Assembly: GCA_009914755.4 (NCBI GenBank)
Contig: CP086569.2
Span: 12,992,001-13,056,000, forward strand
Direction of reading: 5' to 3'
Source of the DNA: the human T2T-CHM13v2.0 reference genome, Homo sapiens
Length of the DNA: 64,000 nucleotides
In this document: positions 36,985 to 50,401 of the stretch, in pieces
Layout of the letters: every line of letters begins with the position of its first letter
Numbering within the stretch: the stretch's first letter is position 1
Notes under the pieces: model-generated
Seen by the model: the letters and a program-made list of their open reading frames with translations, nothing else
Told to the model about the DNA's origin: nothing
The model's database searches: none
Translations under genes and position numbers: made by a program

Positions 36985-37700
36985 ATAGAAAAGTGAGAAG
37001 GATAATAGGTGAGTCAACAGATTATAGATGATTAGATAGATGAGATAGTTAATAGATATTAGAGATGGATAAATGATAGAGATAGATGGTAGATTAGACA
37101 TATGATATGATATGATATGATATGATATGATATGATATGATGTGATATGATATGATATGAGGATAGATGGATGGATGGATGTTGGATGGATGGATGATGG
37201 ATTGATGGATGGATGGATGGAGAGACTGACAGACAGAAGAATAGATAGATACAATAGTTGGATACATACATAGATATGACATATAGATAGATAGATGAGA
37301 TACACAGATATAGATGATAGCTATATAGATATGATACATGGATAGATACATGAGATACATAGATATAGATGGATAGATACATAGATATGATAGATGATAG
37401 ATACATAGATATGATGGACAGATGAGGTGCATAGATATAGATAGATACATAGATGTGATATATGGATAGATGAGATACATAGATATAGATTGATATATAT
37501 GATGGATGGATTGGTACATAGATATGATGGATAGATAAGATGCATAGATATAGATGATAGATACATAGATATGATATATGGATAGATGAGATACATGGAA
37601 GATATATGGGTACAAAGATTATCAAATAAATGGATGGTTGATAGACTGATAGATATAGATAGGTAGATATATAGCTAGATAGATGTAGCTTGTTACGAAC
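36985..37700. repeat. (GATA/GATG)n-derived complex microsatellite with higher-order repeats, about 0.7 kb
   Basis: gatatgatatgatatga..., then ggatggatggatg..., then repeated tagatacatagatatgat(a/g)gatagatgagatacatagatatagat blocks. The 91-231 aa antisense ORFs (I/Y/S/L-rich) are artefacts. Confidence 0.95.
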
Positions 37701-38442
37701 ACTTGAAATTCTTATTCCAAGTGCCAATTCCTCACCTTCCTCAATCAGGCCCACTTCAGTGACACTTAATCATTAGAAATGTTGCAACTGGCATGTGGTT
37801 GGAGGTTGGTTCTTAATGGGGAAGGGCCATGAGTAGTGGGCAAACAAGAGAGAAAAGGAACCCAGAAATGCAGAGGACATGGCAGTGAAGCTGTTTCATG
37901 TCTTGTACACTTCGGCAAGCCATCCTCCCTCCTCCATGGCAAAGGGCATCTGAGGTCGTGTAGGAGACAAGGAGCACCAGGGGGAAAGAGTGGCAATGAC
38001 AAGTTGGCACTGGCTAGGAGGTGCTGTGGAAACAGGAGCAGGAGCACAGCTGTGATGAGGCAACAGCTGACACAGTGTGGTTTGGATGAAGCTTGTGTGG
38101 CCAGGAGATTGTGGGCTGGTTAAAGGGGACCAAGAGAGTGAAAATGAATAGAATGAAGCCAGGAGTTGGGATATGCCTTGAGCAACACCTCACCCAGTCT
38201 TTCATTTTCCTTCTGGAAACACTGAAAAAAAATAAACTGGCAGGAAAAACAAATGTTTCACCACCTGGCTTTCCCAATTTATTTTGCATGAATTGCATGC
38301 ATTGTTTTTGATATCATCCCTGTGACTGAATTCACTAGTGATGGTTTCAGAAGGAAAATAGTTTGATGGTCTGGAAAGGAAAAAATGAATAGAAAAAATC
38401 ACTTAAAATAATGGATCTAGCATTAACCTTCTTCAATCTCTC

Positions 38443-38443
<1 letters not shown>

Positions 38444-38474
<31 letters not shown>
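38444..38474. repeat. (GT)n microsatellite
   Basis: tgtgtgtgtgtgtgtgtgtgtgtgtgtgtg. Confidence 0.95.
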
Positions 38475-38477
<3 letters not shown>

Positions 38478-38568
38478 CTTTAAGAAATTAATAGAAAGCA
38501 AATAACAAAATAATTCCCTCTAAATAATGTAGAAAAAAAGCTTATGATCTAACAGAGGGATTTTGTAG

Positions 38569-38818
<250 letters not shown>

Positions 38819-39613
38819 GTTTGAAATAAAGAAAAGAGAATAGCAAGAATTAATTACACAATCAGCCTTCTATTCTGTGTATTCAAACTCTCATGGATCA
38901 GAAATATGGAAAAAAAAAACATCTGAACTAAACAAGTACAGATTTTCTTTGTCATCATTCCATAAATAATTCAGCATAGCCACTATTTACATAACATTTA
39001 CAGTGCATTTGGTAGTATAGGTAATCTAGAAATGATTTAAAGTATACAAGAGGTTTGCACAGGTTATACACAAGTATTACACAATTTTATATCAGGATCT
39101 TGAACATCCATGGGTTTTAGTACCTCTGGGAGCTGGTGGAATCAATCCCCCATGAATACCAAGGGAAAACTGTATTTCACAGGCAAATCTGTCTGTTTCT
39201 ATTAGGTGAGGACTATGTGATAAGAATAGCTGGTAACATTTAACAATCCTCCCCCTACCTGTACAGCAGATGGAAGGCCAATTACTTTTGCTATTCATGA
39301 CTATGATGTAGAGAACATTTCCTGTCTGAGTTGAGATTTTCACTCTAAAGAAGCACATTTGCTTATTACTAAACTCTCCAGGTCCAGTTAAGAGCATGAC
39401 TCTATCCTCAAATATGATATACAACCTACCTTTATAAAAAATCAGTTCATAACTGTCCCCTAGCCCAAGGGCAGGGTCTATATGGTGATGGTAAGGAACT
39501 CAAAAGGCTTCTCCCAAACTCATTCCTGCCAAGAAGGAGACACGGTAGCTGCTAATCTGAGAGTCACATGACCAGAACATTTTAGGTCAATCCGTATTTA
39601 AGATATTCTCTCA

Positions 39614-39925
39614 GGCAGGTCATCGTGGCTCACAGCTGTATTCCAAGCACTTTGGGACACCAAAGTGGGAGAATTGTTTAAGACCAGGAGCTTGAGCCCA
39701 GAAGCTCAAGACCAGGCTGGGCAACACAGTGAGCCCCCATCTCTAAAAAAATAAAACAAAAATAATCAGCTGGGCATGCTGGTGCATGACTATACTACCA
39801 GCTCCTTGGGAGGCTGATGTGGGAGGATCACTTTAGCCTAGGAGGTCTAGGCTGCAGTGGGCTGTGATTACACCACTGCACTTCAGCCTGAGTGATGGAG
39901 AAAGACCCTGTCTCAAAAAAAAAGA
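39614..39925 (+). mobile_element. Alu element
   Basis: ggcaggtcatcgtggctcacagctgtattccaagcactttgggacaccaaagtgggag...ccactgcacttcagcctgagtgatggagaaagaccctgtctcaaaaaaaaag. Confidence 0.85.
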
Positions 39926-40036
39926 AAGAAGGAAAGAAGGAAGGAAGGAAGGAAGGAAGGAAGGAAGGAAGGAAGGAAGGAAGGAAGGGAAGGAGGGAGG
40001 GAGGGAGGGAGGGTGGGAGGGAGGGAGGCAGGAAAG
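39926..40036 (+). repeat. (GGAA)n/(GGGA)n tetranucleotide repeat from an Alu tail
   Basis: aaagaaggaaagaaggaaggaaggaaggaagg...gggagggagggagggagggtgggagggagggagg. Confidence 0.95.
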
Positions 40037-41217
40037 TCTCATTTTACCTATACGGAGAAAAAAAAGGAAAGATTGGAATTGCTCAAAGAAGAGAAAGATG
40101 GAATAGGAAGAGAAAGAAATGGATGAAGATGTGCACTTATTGAATCCTAAGTCACACCAAACATATAACAAAAAATAGCAAACACATATAACAAATCTTA
40201 CTCTATAGATGAGGAGATGCAGGTTTAAAGAGCAACTGGAAAGCAGATGGCGTAGGAATAAAAGATGAGTTCCAAGACAAGACCTCCAATGTGAGTTTTC
40301 CTGGCTTTAACATCTATCTTTCTCCCATACTGCCTTAGGCCTTTGGTGTGTGGGTTGAGCTTGGTTGGGAAAATATGGCCACCATATTGCTGGGAAAGCC
40401 ACCAAGAGTGGACTGTTACCAATATCCAAGGGACATGAGTCACTTCACATTTTCTTTCCTCTTGACTTTAAATACTCAGTGCTTTAATTTCAGACCAAAA
40501 TTTATTTTTTTTTTCCAGAGGGTGAAGGATCCTAAAATATTGTTGCCTTTGCTCCATAAACCCAATATTTTAGAAGAGTAATTCAAAGAGAAGTGTCATT
40601 AAATGATTACTCCATAGTGGAAAGCCTCAATTGCCCTCTGTTTGCCTTAGGGGAAGACCACAAAACAAAAGATGACAGCCAACCAATCATCACCATCCCT
40701 GTGGCAGTTCTGAGCCTTGGTCATGCCACATGTACCCTCCAGATAGCACACATTTCTCATGGGGCAGCCTGGGTGGGTGATGGGAAAGTAAAGCCACTTG
40801 TTCCAACACATTCCCAGAAGTATTAATTTTTGAAAATGATGCATGTGTAATTTAAAAATAAATATTCACCCACAGTAGAGTCAACAGGAATGTCAGTATG
40901 TCACGATCTCCTATACTTATTTCTACTGCAAATAAGAGAGGGAAAAATTGCAAAGCCTGAGATACACATTTATAAATGATAATATAATTATCCTCCTCCA
41001 ATAATCAGGATGTTATAGTCAAAAAAAAAATACGCTGTCAATGTTCAACTCACTAGGTTATATAGGCAGTATAGGCAGGTATGTATTTAAATTTATTCAA
41101 AGGTGATAAAAGGGGATTCAAACGTAAGAACTAATGAGGATGAATGTTATACAATATTCTCACCTGAGATGAAAAGAGAACTAAGTTTGAAGATATTGGA
41201 CTTTAATTGAAGACATA

Positions 41218-41492
41218 GCTGGGTGCGGTGACTCACACCTGTAATCCCAGCCCTTTGAGAGGCCAAGGTGGGCATATCAATTGAACCCAGGAGTTTAACA
41301 GCTTGGGCAATGTAGCAAAACCCCACGTCTACTAAAAATGCAAAAATTAGCTGGCGTGGTAGTGCGTACCTCTATTCTCAGCTACTTAGGAGGCTGAGGC
41401 TGGAGGATAACTAGCACCCAGGAGGCAGAGGTTGCAGTGAGCTGCACTCCAACCTGAGTGACAGCATGAGACCCTGTCTCAAAAAATAAAAT
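41218..41492 (+). mobile_element. Alu element
   Basis: gctgggtgcggtgactcacacctgtaatcccagccctttgagaggccaaggtgggcatatcaattgaacccagg...agtgagctgcactccaacctgagtgacagcatgagaccctgtctcaaaaaataaaata. Confidence 0.9.
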
Positions 41493-41527
41493 AGACACAT
41501 TCTATAAGGTATAAGGACACAGGTATT

Positions 41528-42380
41528 GGGCGAAGGATATGAACAGACACTTCTCAAAAGAAGATATTTATGCAGCCAAAAAACACATGAAAAAATGCTC
41601 ATCATCACTGGCCATCAGAGAAATACAAATCGAAACCACAATGAGATACCACATGAAACCAGTTAGAATGGAGATCATTAAAAAGTCAGGAAACAACAGG
41701 CACTGGAGAGGATGTGGAGAAATAGGAACACTTTTACACTGTTGGTGGGACTGTAAATTAGTTCAACCATTGTGGAAGTTGGTGTGGTGATTCCTCGGGG
41801 ACCTAGAGCTAGAAATACCATTTGACCCAGCCATCTCATTACTGCATATATACCCAAAGGATTATAAATCATGCTGCTATAAAGACACATGCACACGTAT
41901 GTTTATTGTGGCACTATTCACAATAGCAAAGACTTGGAACCAACCCAAATGTCCAACAATGATAGACTGGATAAAGAAATGTGGCACATATACACCATGG
42001 AATACTATGCAGCCATCAAAAATGAAGAGTTCATGTCCTTTGTAGGGACATGGATGAAGCTGGAAACCATCATTCTCAGCAAACTATCACAAGGACAAAA
42101 AACCAAACACCACATGTTCTCACTCATAGGTGGGAACTGAACAATAAGAACACATGGACACAGTAAGAGGAACATCACACACCAGGGACTGTTGTGGGGT
42201 GGAGGGAGGGGGTAAGGATAGCACCAGGAGATATACCCAATGCTAAATAATGAGTTAATGGGTGCAGCACACCAACATGGCACATGTATACATATGTAAT
42301 AAGCCTGCATGTTGTGCACATGTACCCTAAAACTTAAAGTATAATAATAATAAAAATAAAAATAAAAATAAATTTAAAAA
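41528..42380 (+). mobile_element. 5'-truncated L1PA insertion (ORF2 C-terminus + 3'UTR + tail) flanked by a perfect 15-bp TSD
   Basis: Body runs from gggcgaaggatatgaacagacacttctcaaaagaagatatttatgcagcc to ...catgtaccctaaaacttaaagtataataataataaaaataaaaataaaaataaatttaaaaaa. The TSD aaggacacaggtatt sits at 41513-41527 and 42381-42395. Confidence 0.9.
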
Positions 42381-43850
42381 AAGGACACAGGTATTAATTA
42401 TTATACTCCATTAAACTCCTATTCATTGTATCTAGGATTTAATCTTTTGCTTAATTTTACCAGGAGATATGAAGAACTCATAGGAAAGCAGAAAATGTAT
42501 CTGTAGAAAAAAAAAAGGATATAAGAAAATAAATTAATCCACAAGTATTTAGTCAACGTGGACGCTGATTAATTTGGGAGAGTTATAAAACATAACCCAC
42601 AGCCTCCAAGAATTAAAATATTGCAGCTTACTTTTTTTAAACATTCATATTGTATTTTTATTGTCTCTAACATATACCAGATATGACCACATAAGTAACA
42701 TAAAACTGAGATTTCTATACGTATCAATTAACATTGAAGACTAACAAGCTTTACTGATGATAGAATCCATTTTTTTCTTCAACTTTTAAACACAAAGTAT
42801 CCAAATAATTGCATAATTTAATCTCAAACATTAAGATTAAACTTCACATTATCAAGATGAAATTAATTAATTATGTGAAGTACTGTTTCTGTATTAATAT
42901 ATGTGATAAGGCTATTCCTATCCCTCAGCAGGAATTTTCACTTAGAAGTAGAAAATTATTTTCGTTTAAACCTTGAAAAGATGAACTCTGCCCTCATTCT
43001 TATCGAAAGATAATATTGCTATGAAGATAGAGATTCTTCTTGCCTATGCAAAATATAACCAAATAGAAATTACTATAGAAAGTCATATGACATAGTTAAA
43101 AAGTTCACGTTTCATACAAAGGAAATTTGAATCTTCATCTCCCATTATCTTTGCATCCAAGGCTGACCTCAGGGCTGGGCTGGCTACCTATAACTTTGGT
43201 TCTGTCAAAAGATAGGGATTATCATTGAAACCAAATGGATTTAAAGATCCAAGAACTGTGGAAATGGGACTCAAAGGAATTCCAGCTCTGTGTGAACTAC
43301 ACGTATTCAAGCTAATGTGAACTGCAATTTTCATAATGTTGGATACACAGTATTTCAAAATTACCCAAGGCAAGTGTCCAGACAGAAGTTCTGGCTAATT
43401 TTAACCGGTTATGCAAGAAAGAAAATGGAAATAGGTCAAGAATTTCTGAAGACAGAAGGAGAAAAAAAAGCTCTGTTGATTTTTACAGTCAACTGTGTGT
43501 GTCCTAGAAAAACTCGAGCATACTGGTCCTTGTAGCTCCTCAGCAAAGTAATTTTATATAAGGATAATTTTGATGATACAGATACTGCATACATTCAGCA
43601 AACACTTACTGAGCCCCTGCTACCAATCTATGTCCTGTCTCTACATAATTGTTGGTGGTAGGGTCCATGTTTTTTGGAGGGATTAACATTGTACTTCTCT
43701 GAGGTCATATATTCCAAGAGAGGCTTTTGACCAAATGCTGTTCAATCAAAGCTAACCATGAGTGGTTCCATTCCTTCTGCCATGTGTGGGTTGAGCATAG
43801 GCATACAACACCACTTTGTCTAAAGGCACATAAGGTTAGATTTTCTGGGG

Positions 43851-44210
43851 TGCTATATTAGTCTGCTCTCATGCTTCTAATAAATACATGCCTGAGACTG
43901 GGTAATTTATAAAGGAAAGAAGTTTAATGAACCCAGCTCTACATGGCTGGGAAGGCCTTGCAATCATGGCAGAAGGTGAAGGGGAAGGAAGATGTATCTT
44001 ACATGGTGGCAGGCAAGGGGGTATGAGAAGGGGAGCTGGTTTTTTTAGAAAACCATCTGATTTTATAAGACTTATTCGCTATAAAAAGAACAGCAGGGGA
44101 AAAACCCACACCCATGATTCAATCATCTCCCACCAGGTCCCTCTCACAACACATGGAGATAATTACAATTCAAGGTGAGATTTGGGTAGGGATACAGCTA
44201 AACCATATCA
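43851..44210 (-). mobile_element. MaLR solo LTR (THE1/MST-like), antisense
   Basis: tgctatattagtctgctctcatgcttctaataaatacatgcctgagactgggtaatttataaaggaaagaagtttaatg...aattacaattcaaggtgagatttgggtagggatacagctaaaccatatca. Confidence 0.75.
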
Positions 44211-44229
44211 GGTGCTATTAGGAAATGTT

Positions 44230-44390
44230 TCTTCTCCCACCTGGGCATGGCGGCTTACACCTGCAGCCCCATCACTTTGGGAGGATCATTTGAACCAAAG
44301 AGGCAGAGGTTGCAGGAGCCAAGATGGGGCTGCTGCACTCCAGCTTGGGTAAAAGAATAAGACTCTGTCTCAAAAGAAAAAAAAAGTACC
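44230..44390 (+). mobile_element. Alu-like fragment (internally deleted)
   Basis: ggcatggcggcttacacctgcagccccatcactttgggaggatcatttgaaccaaagaggcagaggttgcaggagccaagatggggctgctgcactccagcttgggtaaaagaataagactctgtctcaaaagaaaaaaaaa. Confidence 0.65.
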
Positions 44391-44589
44391 TCTCTCTTTC
44401 TTGCCAGCTGCAGACACTATCAGGCTGGTTGGGACACCTGGCCTCTATCTAAAGAGCATCAGTGGAGTCAGCATGTAGGCAGAGTTAACATTAAGAGCCA
44501 GAGTCTCATCAGCCCATGCCTAGCACCTTCTTATCATGTGCATCCCTATTGTGTGAATTCATTAAGTTGACACTTTATGTCAGTTTCAG

Positions 44590-46670
44590 CTACAATTGAT
44601 GGAAAAAATCCAAATCATCCCAAACATAATCTAAACAGAACCAATGACAACAACCACCTCATTATCTCAATAGTTGCAGAAAAGGCTTTCAATAAAATTC
44701 AACACCCCTTCATGCTAAAAACTCTCAAAAAACATAGGTATCAATGCAATCTATCTCAAAATAATAAGAGTTAGTTATGACAAACTCACAGCCAATATCA
44801 TACTAAATGGGCAAAAGCTTAAAGCATTCCCTTTGAAAACAAGCACAAAGACAAGGATGCCTGGTCTCACCACTCCTGTTCAAAATAGTATTGGAAGTTC
44901 TGGCCAGGGCAATCAGGCAAGAGAAAGAAATAAAGCGTATTCAGATAGGAAGAGAGGAAGTCAAATTGTCTCTCTTTGCAGATGAGATAATTGTTTATGT
45001 AGAAAACCCCATCGCCTCAGCCCTTTAAGCTGATAAACAACTTCAGCAAAGTTTCCTTAATCTCCTTAAGCTGATAAGCAACTTCAGCAAAGTTGCAGGA
45101 TACCAAATCAATGTGGAAAAATCATAGGCATTGCTATACTCCAATAATAGACTTCTTTAAATTTCATATGGAGCCAAAAAAAGAGCCTGTGTGGCCAGGA
45201 AAATACTAAGCAAAATGAACAAAGCTGGAGGCATCACACTAACTGACTTCAAACTATACTACAAGTTTACAGTAACCAAAACAGCATGGTACTTGTACCA
45301 AAAGAGAGATATAGACTATAGACCAATGGAACAGAACAGAGGCCTCAGAAATAATACCACACATCTACAACCATCTGATCTTTGATAAACCTGACAAAAA
45401 CAAGAAATGGGGAAAGGATTCCCTAATTAATAAATGCTGCTGGGAAAACTGGCTAACCAAATATAGAAAGCTGAAACTGGATCCGTTCTTTACACCTTAT
45501 ACAAAATTTAATTCAAGATGGATTACAGACTTATATGTTAGACCTAAAACCATAAAAACTCTGAAGAAAACCTAAGCAATACCATTCAGGATCTAGGCAT
45601 GGGCAAGGACTTCCTGACTAAAACAAAAAAGCAATAGCAACTGAAGCCAAACTAGACAAATGGGATCTAATTAAACTAAAGAGCTTCTGCACAGCAAAAG
45701 AAACTACCATCAGAGGGAACAGGAAACCTACAGAATGGGAGAAAAATTTTGCAATCTACCCAAATGACAAAGGGCTAATATCCAGAATCTACAAAGAACT
45801 TAAACAAATTTACGAGAAAAAAATCAAACAACCCCATCAAAAAGTGGGCAAATGGTATGAACAGGCACTTCTCAAAAGAAGACATTTATGCCAACAGACA
45901 CATGAAAAAATTTTCATCATCACTGGTCATCAGAGAAATGCAAATCAAAACAACAGTGAGATATCATCTTACATCAGGTAGAATGGAGATCATTAAAAAG
46001 TCAGGAAACAACAGGTGCTGGAGAGGATGTGGAGAAATAGGAATGCTTTTACACTGTTGGTGGGACTGTAAACTAGTTCAACCATTGTGGAAGACAGTGT
46101 GGCAATTCCTCAAGGATCTAAAGCTAGAAATACCATTTGACCCAGCTATCCCATTACTGGGTATATACCCAAAGGATTATAAATCATGCTACTATAAATA
46201 CACATGCACATGTATGTTTATTGCAGCAGTATTCACAATAGCAAAGACTTGGAACCAACCCAAATGTCTGTCAGTGATAGGCTGGATTAAGAAAATGTGG
46301 CACTTATATACCACGAAATACTATACAGCCATAAAAAAAGGATAACTTTATGTCCTTTATAGAAACATGGATGCAGCTGGAAATCATCATTCTGAGCAAA
46401 CTATCACAAGGACGGAAATCCATACACCGCATGTTCTCACTCGTAGGTGGGAATTGAACAATAAGAACACTTGGACACAGGGCAGGGAACATCACACAAC
46501 AGGGCCTGTCATGGTGTTGGGGAGGGATAGCATTAGGAGAAATACCTAATGTAAATGACGAGTTAATGGGTGCAGCAAACCAACTCGGCACATGTATACA
46601 TATATAATGAACCTGCACGTTTTGCACATGTACCCTAGAACTTAAAGTATAATAATAATAAAAAAAAAAG
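44590..46670 (+). mobile_element. 5'-truncated L1 (ORF2 RT-domain 3' half through 3'UTR and A-tail), older L1PA/L1PB; contains a 33-bp internal tandem duplication at about 45021-45099
   Basis: Translated pieces match L1 ORF2: ...[24 protein letters not shown]..., ...[38 protein letters not shown]..., ...[39 protein letters not shown]...[57 protein letters not shown].... The 3'UTR ends ...ccctagaacttaaagtataataataataaaaaaaaaag. Confidence 0.9.
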
Positions 46671-46879
46671 AATAGTGGACTTTTCTGTAATCTATGGCAG
46701 TCAGCCTTCTTGCACGTTTTTTCTTAGTATGATTTAGTAACAGTTTTCAATTCAAAGGTGTAAGTGGATGTTTTCTGCCAAATATACATGTATTTATACT
46801 AAATATGTGTAATTACTATGTATTAATTATTATAGTTTACCCTGGAACAATGCGGGGGTTAGAAGCACTAACCCCTGCA

Positions 46880-47470
46880 CCATTGAAAATCTACCTACAA
46901 CTATGGATTCTCCCAAAACTTAAATACAAACAACCTACTCATATGTTTCATATATATATAAAATCTCTTTGACCACCTATACATATATGTATATGTCTAT
47001 TTCATAACAAAATATTTTAATGTTATAAATATAAATAAAATAAACTTTAGATATATAGCTATATAAGTATTAACACTTACATACATATATTTCATAATAT
47101 ATAGTTATATTTATGTTATATCTAAATATTATATTACATATAATATTTATATATTAATATATACATTATATATTGATGTACATTATAAATTGTTGATTTA
47201 TTATGAATTAGAAATTATTTATTTATTATATTGTTAAATTTATAATTTATAATATACAGAAATATTAATTTGTACTTTATAAATGTATACGTTATATAAT
47301 CCTTGAACAACATGTTTTCAGGAAGCATTTTTGAATGTCAGAACTGGAAAGAAAACTTGGTCAAAAATCTCACTGATACTATAAACAGTACATTAATACA
47401 TATCATGTATGTTTACATGTATTATATATGGTATTCTTATAATAAAGCAAGCTAGAGAAAAGAAAATGCT
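46880..47470. repeat. AT-rich/(TA)n low-complexity block
   Basis: Long runs of atatat/tatata/ttata variants. Confidence 0.85.
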
Positions 47471-47697
47471 TTTAGGAAAATAATAAGGAGGAGGAAACAT
47501 ATTCACTATTCATTAAGTGGAAGTGGGTCATCATTAATGTCTCCATTCTCATCATCTTCACATTGAGGAGGCAAAGGAAAAGGAGGGAGAGGAAGGGTTG
47601 ATTTTGCTGTGTCAGGTGGCCGAGGTGGAGGAAAATCCTCATATATCTGTGTCGTTCAAGGGTCAACTGTAAATTAATTATAGAAATATATGTACTT

Positions 47698-48019
<322 letters not shown>

Positions 48020-48277
48020 TTATAAAGCTTCATCTAATTATGTTTAAATGTTTTATTTATATCCATAAAATTAATAGATTGTGTTATAATATAGACATCC
48101 ATATATGTATATGTGATCAAATAAATTATAAGTATTTTAAATAATTGTTTAATGTTATATATTTATACTTATATAGAAAATATACATTTATATTTACATA
48201 TATACACACACATACTTTCATGGATTATATTCTTCTAATCATTGTGTTTTTCCTCTATGTTTTGAAATACATACTAA

Positions 48278-48673
<396 letters not shown>

Positions 48674-49131
48674 TAGGGGCCGTCCTGTGCATGATCAGAT
48701 GTTGAAGAGCATCTTTGGCTTCCACCCATGACATGCCAGTGACACATCCCAGTTCACACACGCAAAAATGCTTCCAGACATTTTGAAATATCCCTGGGGT
48801 GGAGGGGTACACAGTCATCCCCAGTTAAGCATAATTTATCTAGGTTTTAGTGGAATTATTTTTTTCTATACATGTATATTTTGTTCTGCATTATACAAGG
48901 TATCTCTCACCTAATGCGTTAATTTGTCATGAATTAAGGCATATGCAGTCTCCATTCTAAAATTCAACTCATCTTTTTTTTACCTTCATCATCAGCAACT
49001 GCATCATTATTTTCTGAGTATTCTGATATTTTTATACCAAGTCCCTAAAGGGTACCAATTCAGTTTTCTGAATTATTTTTGTTTCTTTCATATGACCAGC
49101 ATTCCTTCCAGAAGTATTCTTGTATAGAGCA

Positions 49132-49493
49132 CGATATTAGTCCATTTTCATATTGCTATGAATAAATACCCAAGACTGAGCAATTTATAAAGAAAAAGAG
49201 GTTTAGTGGGCTAACTGTTCCACATGGCCAGGGAGGACTCAGAATCATGGCAGAAAGTGAAGGAGGAGCAAAGGTATGTTTTACATGGTGACAGGTAAGA
49301 TGGTGTGTGCAGGGGAACTGCCCTTTAGAAAACCATCAGATCTTATGAGACTTACTATCATGAGACCAGCACAGGAAAAAACCTGGCTTCATGATCCCAT
49401 TACCTCCCACCATGTTCCTCCCACAACACATGAGAATTATGAGAGCAACAATTCAAGATGACATTTGCATGGGGATACAGCCAAACTATATCA
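49132..49493 (-). mobile_element. MaLR solo LTR (THE1/MST-like), antisense
   Basis: gatattagtccattttcatattgctatgaataaatacccaagactgagcaatttataaagaaaaagaggtttagtgggctaactgttccacatggccaggg...caattcaagatgacatttgcatggggatacagccaaactatatca. Confidence 0.75.
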
Positions 49494-49639
49494 CAGTCAT
49501 CACATAACTAATTGCATGTTAGAAAAAGACTCTATTTGATGTTTCAGAGGGCCCTGTGCAAACAAGGATAAGATGCTTTGCTTAATAAATGAATGAAAAA
49601 AAAAAGACTGCATCCAACCAGATAAGGACATAACCAAGT

Positions 49640-49990
49640 GAGAGGTGAAGCCAGCTAGACTTCCTGGGTCGAGTGGGGACTTGGGGAAATTTTCTGTCTT
49701 ACAAGAGGATTGTAAAATGCACTAACTAGCACTCTGTAGCTAGGATTTTTTGTAAAATGCACCAATCAGTGCTTTGTAGCAAGCAAGGGGATTTTAAAAT
49801 GCACCCATCAGCACTCTGTAAAAATGCACCAATCAGCACCCTGTAGCCAGCAAGATGTTTGAAAAATGCATCAACCAGTGCACTGTAAAATGCACCAATC
49901 AGTGCTCTGTAAAACACACCAATCAGCACTACACAAAATGCACCAATCAGCAGGAGTCTAAAAGTAGCCAGTTGTGGGGAGGATTGAAAA
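49640..49990 (+). mobile_element. LTR12 (HERV-9 LTR)-like U3 tandem-repeat fragment
   Basis: cctgggtcgagtggggacttgg...(aaatgcaccaatcagc(a/g)ctctgta...)xN. About 8 CCAAT-box-containing roughly 37-40-bp units resembling the LTR12 U3 enhancer repeats. Confidence 0.55.
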
Positions 49991-49994
49991 AGGA

Positions 49995-50315
49995 GGACAT
50001 GGATGAAATTGGAAATCATCATTCTCAGTAAACCATCTCAAGAACAAAAAACCAAAAACCGTATACTCTCACTCATAGGTGGGAATTGAACAATGAGAAC
50101 ACATGGACACAGGAAGGGGAACATCACACTCTGGGGACTGTAGTGGGGTGGGGAGAGGGGGTACGGATAGCTTTAGGAGATATACCTAATGCTAAATGAC
50201 GAGTTAATGGGTGTAGCACACCAGCATAGCACATGTATACATATGTAACTAACCTGAACATTGTGCACATGTACCCTAAAATTTAAAGTATAATAATAAT
50301 AAAATATAAAAAAAT
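49995..50315 (+). mobile_element. L1PA 3' end fragment with A-rich tail
   Basis: ggacatggatgaaattggaaatcatcattctcagtaaaccatctcaagaacaaaaaaccaaaaaccgtatactctcactcataggtgggaattgaacaatgagaacacatgg...catgtaccctaaaatttaaagtataataataataaaatataaaaaaa. Confidence 0.9.
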
Positions 50316-50401
50316 ACAGAAAAGTAGATCATATTTTCCCACCAGGGACAATATTGTCACCAATGAGACAAAAATTGGTTCTTGAGGAGTGAAAAAAAAA
50401 A

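Noticed and set aside
37059-37754. 231-aa and 173-aa minus-strand ORFs rich in I/Y/S/L/H
   Set aside because: They lie entirely within the (GATA/GATG)n compound microsatellite. They are periodic low-complexity translations.
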